Source: an uncultured Solirubrobacteraceae bacterium | GTDB taxonomy: Bacteria > Actinomycetota > Thermoleophilia > Solirubrobacterales > Solirubrobacteraceae | Reading direction: 5' to 3' | Length of the DNA: 35,316 bases | Assembly (NCBI GenBank): GCA_964588985.1 | Contig: CAZPQW010000031.1 | Location: forward strand, 1-35,316 | In this document: positions 1 to 6,790 of the stretch, one piece after another | Numbering within the stretch: position 1 is the stretch's first letter | Layout: each line of letters opens with the position of its first letter | Program-made: the position numbers and the translations under genes | Notes under the pieces: generated by a model | The model's database searches: none | What the model was told of the DNA's origin: nothing | What the model saw: the letters and a program-made list of their open reading frames with translations, nothing else

Positions 1-388
1 CAACCCGGAGATCCCGTTCGCGAAGTCGATGCCCGACTACATCATGCGCTGGCTCGCCTCGCGCTTCCTCGACGTGGACGCCCAGGAGGAACTCGGCATC
101 CTCACCCCCGAGGTCCGCGCACGCAAAGCCGCACAGGACGCCGCGATGGCGGTGAGCGTGTCCGACACCGCCGGTCCGTCCACCACCGCGGAGGACGCAC
201 CACAGGCATCGGCGGACGGCAATGGCAGCCCAGCGGCGGCGTCGTTCACCGAAACCCCGCCCGTGGTGCCCGCGCGACTGCAGGGCCTGGACCTCGGGCC
301 CGCCTGCAGCCAGTGCGGCGGGATGATGCAGCGGACCGGCTCGTGCTACACGTGCGCGTCTTGCGGCAACAACACGGGATGTGGTTGA
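1..388 (+). CDS. nrdJ: Class II (adenosylcobalamin-dependent) ribonucleotide reductase, C-terminal fragment (5' end outside window)
   Basis: Frame is open from base 2 and reads NPEIPFAKSMPDYIMRWLASRFL (TSCPD-type region), then a low-complexity linker and a terminal zinc ribbon CSQCGGMMQRTGSCYTCASCGNNTGCG typical of NrdJ C-termini. Confidence 0.9.
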   Translation, partial: NPEIPFAKSMPDYIMRWLASRFLDVDAQEELGILTPEVRARKAAQDAAMAVSVSDTAGPSTTAEDAPQASADGNGSPAAASFTETPPVVPARLQGLDLGPACSQCGGMMQRTGSCYTCASCGNNTGCG

Positions 389-439
389 GAGCTGAGTAGG
401 AGCTTTGCCCGGGTGACGGTTGGCGTGGCTGCGGCTGCG

Positions 440-1768
440 CTAGCCGCCACTCGGTTCTGACGACGCGGACTTAGCGCTGTCCACGGCCGAGCCGCTGCCG
501 GTCTTTTCCCGTTCGGCTTCCTTCGCGTCGTCCGACCCTTCGGAGCCGTCGCCGGGCGGATCGTCTGATACCTCGCCACCGCCGCCGGATTTCTGTTTCG
601 TGCCTTCCGAGCCGCCCGCGCCAGAGCCCGGCTGCTGGCCGCCTTCACCGCTGCCCGAGTCGCCGGACGAGAATTCGTCCCCACCGGCTCCGGTCGAGCT
701 CGCGAGCGTGGCGGCAGGGGCACTCTGGGAGGTCGTGCTCCCGCTGGAAGGCGCGCCTGTGGCCGGCTGGCTCTCCGGCGCGCCCGCCGACCGTTGGGGA
801 GCGGCGTGCGCGTGCTGGGTGTGGCTGCTCGAGCGCGGCTGGACGTTGTTGGCGTAGAGCCGCGTCCCACCGCTCTTGGGCGCTTGCCGCGCAACCGACT
901 TGCGAGTCGTGACGCGCACGGCGTCGGCGGTCGTGGAACTCGACGCCTCGACGCCGACGCTCTTCAGGGCCTGGTGCGCAGGGCGCGAGGACGTCTTGGC
1001 GTGACGAGCGGCGTGGTGGTGCAGCGGAACCTCCGCGGCACCCGCCACCAGAACCACGGCCGTGACCGCGAGGGCCGCACCCCTGAAGAGCGTCCCGCCC
1101 GCGTTGGCTCCCGCCCCACCCTGCGTGGAGAGCTCCGCGATTCTCTGTGCGGTCGGGGCGACCTTCGCGGCGCCACCGTAGAGCCATGCGATCAGCGGCT
1201 GCGGCGTGAGCGCGGCGGCAGCCCCGCGCAGGGTCGCCCTGGCACGGTAGATCAAGCCGCGAACCGCGCCGTGGGTGATGCCCAGAGCGCTTGCGACCTC
1301 GTCGTGGGAACGGCCGTCAACGGCGGTGAGGAGAATCGCGTCTCGCTGCATCGGCGGCAGCGCGGCCACGTCGGTCAGCGCGTCACGCACCGCGATCGTG
1401 CGCTCGAGGTCGACCTCCGCGCCGGCCGCCGACTCGACGGCCGCGGCGTCGGTGAGCGGGCTGTGGTCTTCCGGCGCGCGGCGCATGATGTTGATGGCGG
1501 TGTTGTGGACGATCCGATACAGCCAAGCCCGCAGCTCGCGCACCTCGTCCCCGCGCTCGAGCGCGAGCCACGCCCGCAGCAGCCCCTGCTGCACGGCATC
1601 CTCCGAGCGCGACTCCGACAGCCCGAGACGCCGGCAGTAGCGGAGCAGCTCGCCGCGATAGCGCTGCACCAGCACCTCGAACGCGCGCTCGTGACCGGCC
1701 GCGACCAGCTCCAGCAGACGCCTGTCGGATTGGGCCGCGAGCAGGCGGATGGAGACCTTGGGGCTCAC
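440..1768 (-). CDS. ECF sigma-70 factor with a predicted TM helix and long low-complexity C-terminal extension
   Basis: Region 2 (AFEVLVQRY..SEDAVQQGLLRAW..LRAWLYRIVHN) and region 4 (LPPMQRDAILL..SHDEVASALG..AVRGLIYRAR), followed by hydrophobic GAALAVTAVVLVAGAA and an S/G/T/E-rich tail. GTG start. Confidence 0.92.
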   Translation of the reverse strand: MSPKVSIRLLAAQSDRRLLELVAAGHERAFEVLVQRYRGELLRYCRRLGLSESRSEDAVQQGLLRAWLALERGDEVRELRAWLYRIVHNTAINIMRRAPEDHSPLTDAAAVESAAGAEVDLERTIAVRDALTDVAALPPMQRDAILLTAVDGRSHDEVASALGITHGAVRGLIYRARATLRGAAAALTPQPLIAWLYGGAAKVAPTAQRIAELSTQGGAGANAGGTLFRGAALAVTAVVLVAGAAEVPLHHHAARHAKTSSRPAHQALKSVGVEASSSTTADAVRVTTRKSVARQAPKSGGTRLYANNVQPRSSSHTQHAHAAPQRSAGAPESQPATGAPSSGSTTSQSAPAATLASSTGAGGDEFSSGDSGSGEGGQQPGSGAGGSEGTKQKSGGGGEVSDDPPGDGSEGSDDAKEAEREKTGSGSAVDSAKSASSEPSGG

Positions 1769-1940
1769 AGCAGCGACCGCCCAGCCGTGCGAGAGACGCC
1801 CGTCGAAGGCGTTGGAGACATCGGCATGGTTGACATTACTCTGCCCTCATAGTCGCCCTGATGCAACCGTATATCAACGATACCCCCGGACATACTGGAC
1901 GAAAAGCCCCTCTCGCACTCGACCAACCCTTCAATGCAGT

Positions 1941-1974
1941 GTGGGGTGGGCTGACCTTAGTCACCCCACCCCAC
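1941..1974 (-). terminator. Stem-loop, probable terminator for the 1999-2598 gene
   Basis: GTGGGGTGGGCTGAC-CTTA-GTCACCCCACCCCAC gives a 14/15-bp stem, with extra outer pairing ATGCAG(1934-1939)/CTGCAT(1981-1986). It lies about 25 nt after the stop codon. Confidence 0.65.
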
Positions 1975-1998
1975 CGCGCTCTGCATGTGCCCGACGGC

Positions 1999-2598
1999 TC
2001 AGCCGATCAGGTTCACGTGGTCCCACACGGCGCCCGCGCCACTCACGCTGAGCTCCGCCTCGCGTACAACCGCGCCGGCCACCAGCGCCGCTGTGGTGCA
2101 GCTCTGGTCGCCCTCTCCGGGGCCGCCCATGCCGCCGTCGTCCTCGCCTCCGCTGAAGCCGGCGCTGTCGCCGTGAGAGGCGCCGTCGCCGTGCCCGCTC
2201 GTCGAGGGAGCCACGGCGCCGCCTTCGGAGCCAGCGCCGTCGTCATCGCCGCGATCTTCCCCTTCGGCTGGCGGCGGGGTGGCGGGCAGGCAGTGGATCT
2301 CGGTCCGTTCTGTGACCTGGCCGCTGACCGTCGAGCCGTTGCTCAGCGTGATCGTGAGCACGCCGCCGGTGAACGAGGTCACGGTTCCGGCCGTTGCGCC
2401 GCTGTCGGGAGCGGGCGTGACGGGCGTCGTGCTCGTTGTCGAGCTCGCGGGCAGCGGACTGCCGAACGTGCGCACCGTCGCGCGCTTGGCGTGATGGTGC
2501 GCGCGATGGTGGCGCTTGGCGTTGTGAGCGGACGCCACGCCCGGCGCTGCGATGGCGAGCATCGCGGACATGGCCGTCGTGAGAAGCATTCTGTTCAT
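1999..2598 (-). CDS. Secreted protein with a His/Arg-rich N-terminus and a beta-rich (DUF5666/OB-like) domain
   Basis: RBS GAGGAGG precedes the ATG at 2598. Signal peptide MNRMLLTTAMSAMLAIAAPGVASA, then HNAKRHHRAHHHAKR. Beta-rich segments GTVTSFTGGVLTITLSNGSTVSGQV and LVAGAVVREAELSV flank an acidic Gly-rich loop bounded by two Cys. Confidence 0.8.
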   Translation of the reverse strand: MNRMLLTTAMSAMLAIAAPGVASAHNAKRHHRAHHHAKRATVRTFGSPLPASSTTSTTPVTPAPDSGATAGTVTSFTGGVLTITLSNGSTVSGQVTERTEIHCLPATPPPAEGEDRGDDDGAGSEGGAVAPSTSGHGDGASHGDSAGFSGGEDDGGMGGPGEGDQSCTTAALVAGAVVREAELSVSGAGAVWDHVNLIG

Positions 2599-2732
2599 CT
2601 TTGAACCTCCTCGGCCGCCGAACGTCGGGCGGCCGCTTCGTGCTTCAGTTGCGTACACCCCATGAGACAACGCTCGGGGGGAAACCTCACGGTGCGTGGA
2701 CGAATGTCACGCCGCATAGGATGAGAACGCCG

Positions 2733-3188
2733 ATGTCCGACGCAGAGCACCCACCACTCCCAGAGCCGCCATCGGCGGCTCACCCGCTGCAGGGAGGCTG
2801 CCTGTGCGGAACGGTCAGATTCGAGCTCAGCGAGCCGTTCATCTCAGCCGGCTACTGCCACTGCACGCACTGCCAGCGGCGCACCGGGACGGGCTCGTCG
2901 GCCAACGGACGCGTCCCCCAGGACGGATTTCGGCTGCTGCAGGGCGCCGACTCGCTGCGCGCCTACCAGCCCGCGACCGGTGTGCCGAAGCTGTTCTGCA
3001 CGCGGTGCGGCTCGGCGCTGTTCAGCGGCGAGCCGCTCTCAGACGAACAGGTCGCGGTGCGCCTCGGAGCGCTCGACCGCGATCCGGGCATCCGCCCCCA
3101 GTATCGGCAGTTCGTCGACTCGGCCGCGTCGTGGGAGTCGATTCCCGAGGACGGGCTGACGCGTCATCCGCGCTCGCGCGGCGGCTGA
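2733..3188 (+). CDS. GFA/CENP-V family zinc-binding protein
   Basis: Motifs GGCLCGTVRF, CHCTHCQR and FCTRCGS. Start taken at ATG 2733; ATG 2721 is an alternative. Confidence 0.92.
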   Translation: MSDAEHPPLPEPPSAAHPLQGGCLCGTVRFELSEPFISAGYCHCTHCQRRTGTGSSANGRVPQDGFRLLQGADSLRAYQPATGVPKLFCTRCGSALFSGEPLSDEQVAVRLGALDRDPGIRPQYRQFVDSAASWESIPEDGLTRHPRSRGG

Positions 3189-3533
3189 GCCGCGAGCCGC
3201 CCTCAGCCGCAGCCAGGAGAGCGAGCTGAGCTCGCCGCAGCGCTCACGCCAGCCCTCGAGCAGGCCTTCCATGCGGTCGCGGTCGGCGATGGTGGCGAGC
3301 ACCTCCACGCGCCCGCCGCCGTCGGCCTCGGGGCCGAGGCGCACCAGATACAGCTCGCCCGTGTCGGCGATCCACGCCGCCCTGTGCAGCGGGTCATCCG
3401 CCCGATCGCGCCACCACAGACCCACGTCCAGCTCGCGCGAGTGGATGCGACGCTCGTCGGCGGTGTAGAAGTTGGCCAGCGACCGGTAGCCGCGCGATCG
3501 CGGGCTCACAGGCCTGGGGTCTTGTCGTCTCAT
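3039..3533 (-). CDS. Hypothetical protein
   Basis: Globular-looking, aromatic-rich core (FYTADERRIHSRELDVGLWWRD..HRAAWIADTGELYLV) fills otherwise unassigned space. The last ~50 codons overlap the GFA gene antisense, so the 3' end is doubtful. Confidence 0.6.
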   Translation of the reverse strand: MRRQDPRPVSPRSRGYRSLANFYTADERRIHSRELDVGLWWRDRADDPLHRAAWIADTGELYLVRLGPEADGGGRVEVLATIADRDRMEGLLEGWRERCGELSSLSWLRLRAARGSAAARARMTRQPVLGNRLPRRGRVDELPILGADARIAVERSEAHRDLFV

Positions 3534-3646
3534 GCGGCACCGCCCGACTTTCGAGGGAGGAAAGGTTCCGCGTCCAAGCGTGAACCCCGCCCCTAAACGA
3601 CGGGTTACCGCGTTGTAAGGATTGGCCGCCGGCTGGGACCGCCGGC

Positions 3647-3674
3647 TGTCACCGGCCCGTTGGGGCCGGTGACA
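3647..3674 (-). terminator. Perfect 12-bp hairpin downstream of the HU gene
   Basis: TGTCACCGGCCC-GTTG-GGGCCGGTGACA, 21 nt past the HU stop. No U-tract, which is common in actinobacteria. Confidence 0.7.
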
Positions 3675-3695
3675 CCGTGGTCACTCAGGCTCAGG

Positions 3696-3971
3696 TCAGC
3701 CGTTCAGGCGCTTCTTCAGTGCGCTCGCGGCCGAGAACTTCGCGGCCTTGGAGGCAGCGATTTTGATCGTCTCGCCCGTTGAGGGGTTACGCCCCTCGCG
3801 AGCGGCCCGTTGGCTGACGCTGAACTTGCCGAAGCCTGCAAGCGCGACCTCACCCCCACCGGCCAGCTCGTCGGAGACCACCTCGATCGCCGCCTCAACC
3901 ACCTGCCGTGCCTGGCTGGCGGCCAGTCCAGTGCGCTCTGCGACCTGCTCGGCTAGCTCGTTCTTGGTCAT
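3696..3971 (-). CDS. hup: HU family DNA-binding protein
   Basis: MTKNELAEQVA..GFGKF..RAAREGRNPSTGETIKIAA; RBS AAGGGAG. Confidence 0.97.
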   Translation of the reverse strand: MTKNELAEQVAERTGLAASQARQVVEAAIEVVSDELAGGGEVALAGFGKFSVSQRAAREGRNPSTGETIKIAASKAAKFSAASALKKRLNG

Positions 3972-4049
3972 GCCACTCCCTTCTCGAGTGTCGTTGCTGC
4001 CCGCAGGCTAACCGTTTGTGTGGACGACGGAACGAAAATATTGCCCCGC

Positions 4050-4067
4050 GGGGCTTCGTGGAGCCCC
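4050..4067 (-). terminator. Short hairpin at the ctaA stop
   Basis: GGGGCTTC-GTG-GAGCCCC, immediately after the TAG. Confidence 0.4.
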
Positions 4068-5122
4068 TAGTTTCCGGGGAACTTCAGCGGCGCGACCGTC
4101 CTCGGACCCATCTCGAGGGTCCGTTCCGGGCGTCCTTTCGCCCGGCTCGGCAGCAGCGCGCCGGTCGCGCACGCCGCCCACAGGACCGAGATCCACGCTC
4201 CGCAGGCCAGTCCCACGTGCACCCACACGAGCTGCGTGGGCAGGTGTGTCTCGTACTGATCGAGCCCCACAGCGCCCTGCAGGGCCAGCAGCACGCAGAG
4301 CACGTTCAAAGGCCGGCGCACCTTCTGGGGGGCCTCGCGGCGGCGGGCGATCCACCACGCGGCGACCGAGAGCAGGCTGAACACGAACGCGATCTCCGCG
4401 TGTCGGTGGATGACGAAGTCCATCGTGCCGCGCCCGTCGAAGCTCAGACGGTTGATCTTCTGCCCCGGCGAGCCGCCCGCGTGCGGGCCAGCGGCGGTGG
4501 CCGCGGTGCCGGCGAAGACCGTCAGCGCGCCGAGCGCCACCAGCCCGCGCAGCCACAGCACGAGCGTGCGGTCGCTCTCAGCCTCGACCGGAGCCGCCGC
4601 CTCGGCGTCCACCGTTCCCTCTGCCGGCTCGTGCGTCGCGCGCCACACGAGCAGCACCGCGGCCAGCACGATCAGCATCGACAGCGCGAAGTGGCCCATC
4701 ACCCAGCCGTAGTCGAGCGCGCCTTTGACCGTGAAGCCGCCCAGCACCGCCTGGCCGACCACCCCGAGCGGCAGCAGCGCGCCCAGCCGCGCGAGATCGC
4801 GCCGGTAGGGGCGCCTGCGTACGGCGGCGAGCCACGCGCCGCCGGCGGCGATCGACACGGGGAAGGTGACCATCCGGTTTGCGAACTCGATCACCGCGTG
4901 GGTGTTCAGCGGCGGATAGACGTTGCCGTAGCACTTCGGCCACGTGGGGCAGCCGAGGCCCGAGCCGGTCAGCCGCACGGCCGCGCCCGTGAGCACGATC
5001 AGCGTGAGCGCGATCAGCCCGGCGTAGGCGAAGCGCACGTACTGCTCGGGCGTGACGGTGTAGCCGTTGGTGCGCTCGTCGGCGACAACCCGGTTGCGCA
5101 GGCTCTCTAGACGGGCGTGCAT
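4067..5122 (-). CDS. ctaA: COX15/CtaA heme A synthase
   Basis: GAAVRLTGSGLGCPTWPKC, EFANR, GHF, GPHAG and VWVHV motifs with multiple TM helices. Start moved to ATG 5122 because the ORF extension to 5407 overlaps rmlC. Confidence 0.9.
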   Translation of the reverse strand: MHARLESLRNRVVADERTNGYTVTPEQYVRFAYAGLIALTLIVLTGAAVRLTGSGLGCPTWPKCYGNVYPPLNTHAVIEFANRMVTFPVSIAAGGAWLAAVRRRPYRRDLARLGALLPLGVVGQAVLGGFTVKGALDYGWVMGHFALSMLIVLAAVLLVWRATHEPAEGTVDAEAAAPVEAESDRTLVLWLRGLVALGALTVFAGTAATAAGPHAGGSPGQKINRLSFDGRGTMDFVIHRHAEIAFVFSLLSVAAWWIARRREAPQKVRRPLNVLCVLLALQGAVGLDQYETHLPTQLVWVHVGLACGAWISVLWAACATGALLPSRAKGRPERTLEMGPRTVAPLKFPGN

Positions 5123-5127
5123 CACCG

Positions 5128-5697
5128 TCAAGGATGCCACTCGAACGGCAGCTCGGCGGCGATCTCGCGTAAGCGCGGCGCCACCGCGTCGCGCTCCGAG
5201 ACCGTCAGCTCCGCCGTCGGCAGCGCCCACTCGATCGCGATGTCCGGATCGTTCCACGCGATCCCACGTTCGACCGCGGGGTCGTAGTAGGCGCTCTGCT
5301 TGTAGATCACGTCCGCCACGTCGCTGAGCGCGCAGAAGCCGTGCGCGAAGCCGATCGGCACGTACAGCTCGCGCATGTTCTCGTCGTCCAGCTCCACCCC
5401 CGCCCATTCCCCATACGTGGGCGAGCCCCTGCGCAGGTCGACCGCCACATCGAGGATGCGCCCGCGCGCGCAGCGCACCAGCTTGGCGACCCCGTCGCCG
5501 ATCTGGAAGTGCAGGCCGCGCACCACCCCGCGCGTGGAGCGCGAGTGGTTGTCCTGCACGAACGCCTGCTCCGCGGGGATGCCGGCCTCAGCGTGCCACT
5601 CGCGCCTGTAGGTCTCGATGAAGAAGCCCCGCTCGTCGCCGTGGATCGCTGGCTCGATCGCGACGAGGCCGGGGATACGGGTCGGAAGGACGCGCAT
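5128..5697 (-). CDS. rmlC: dTDP-4-dehydrorhamnose 3,5-epimerase
   Basis: DERGFF, FVQDNHSRS..GVVRGLHFQ, KLVRC..G.ILDVAVDLRRGSPTYG, GFAHGF. Confidence 0.97.
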   Translation of the reverse strand: MRVLPTRIPGLVAIEPAIHGDERGFFIETYRREWHAEAGIPAEQAFVQDNHSRSTRGVVRGLHFQIGDGVAKLVRCARGRILDVAVDLRRGSPTYGEWAGVELDDENMRELYVPIGFAHGFCALSDVADVIYKQSAYYDPAVERGIAWNDPDIAIEWALPTAELTVSERDAVAPRLREIAAELPFEWHP

Positions 5698-5873
5698 TGC
5701 CTGCAGAGACTAGCCATAGATCCTCGGATTTGACCTGTTGAGCGTTTGTCCAGCGTCTTCGAGTACGCGTGAGTACTTAACCCGGATCGATGTGAGAGCA
5801 TGCGTCCCAGCGGGCCCTCGGGTTTGCAAGGCGGCGAGCCTCCTGGGACGTGTGCACGATCCGGCCCAGAGGT

Positions 5874-6779
5874 ATGGCGACATTTTTCACTGACAAAATG
5901 GTCTTTTTCCACCTCCCGAAGACCGGAGGGTTGTGGATTGCGGAGGCCATCGAGGCGGCTGGCGTGTCGACACACAGGCCGGACCCACTCGGCGACCAGC
6001 CGTACTCGAGTCATGGGCACGCCGACCTGCAGGAGGTGGACGTCGGCGAGCGTTTCAGCGTCGCGTTCGTCCGCCACCCGTTGGAGTGGTGGCGCTCCTA
6101 CTGGGGCCACCGTATGCGCACCGGCTGGCGGACAGACCACGGAGTAGACGTCGCCGCGGCGAGCGATGACTTCAACGAGTTCATCACGAGAGCCATCGCC
6201 CACCGCCCGGGCTACCTCGGCGAGATGGTCGAGTCGTTCGTGGGCTCCCCTCGACCGAAGGTCGACTTCGTCGGGCGCTTCGAGCACCTCGTCGATGACG
6301 CCTGTCTTGCTCTTCGGCTCGGCGGAGAGCCTTTCTCAGAGCCGGCTCTCAGAGCGCAACCACGCTGCAACGCAAGCGATCGCGAGGGATTTCCGGCGCT
6401 CTACCGACGCGACGTCGCACGGCGACTGGCCGAGGCAGAGCATCGCACCATCGAGCGCTTCTACGCCTATAACCCAATCCCCGCCCACCTGCTCGCAGAT
6501 CAGCCGGTGCGAGGGCATGCGCCGCCTGCCCGCAGCCTCGAGCGACACACGTTGACAACCGTTCGCGGTCGGCTGCAGCGCGCAGAGGAACACGTGCGCA
6601 GCCTCGAGTTGGCACTCGAGCGCTCACGACGATCCGAGGCCCACAGCGAGGCGGCGCTGGAGCGGGCCAGAGTCGAGCGCGACCGGGCGATGAAGGACCT
6701 GGCATCGCTGCAGAACAGCCGCCTCGTACGCCGCTCCCGCGCCGTGCGCGTCGCTTACTATCGAGCCCGCGCGCGTTGA
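5874..6779 (+). CDS. Sulfotransferase-family protein with C-terminal coiled coil
   Basis: PAPS 5'-PSB-like FFHLPKTGG, 3'-PB-like FVRHPLEWWRSYW, and VDFVGRFEHL. Heptad-like tail LQRAEEHVRSLELALERSRR..VERDRAMKDLASLQNSRLVRR. AGAGG precedes ATG 5874. Confidence 0.75.
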   Translation: MATFFTDKMVFFHLPKTGGLWIAEAIEAAGVSTHRPDPLGDQPYSSHGHADLQEVDVGERFSVAFVRHPLEWWRSYWGHRMRTGWRTDHGVDVAAASDDFNEFITRAIAHRPGYLGEMVESFVGSPRPKVDFVGRFEHLVDDACLALRLGGEPFSEPALRAQPRCNASDREGFPALYRRDVARRLAEAEHRTIERFYAYNPIPAHLLADQPVRGHAPPARSLERHTLTTVRGRLQRAEEHVRSLELALERSRRSEAHSEAALERARVERDRAMKDLASLQNSRLVRRSRAVRVAYYRARAR

Positions 6780-6790
6780 CCCGCCGGCAG

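Noticed and set aside
3486-3580. Possible TTG-initiated 15-aa uORF overlapping the ATG at 3533, and a GGAACC promoter-like motif
   Set aside because: ATGA overlaps arise trivially, the TTG has no RBS, and the spacing to a -10 element does not fit well.
3626-3648. 10-bp direct repeat CCGCCGGCTG x2 beside the HU hairpin
   Set aside because: Only two GC-rich copies, compatible with chance; not CRISPR-like.
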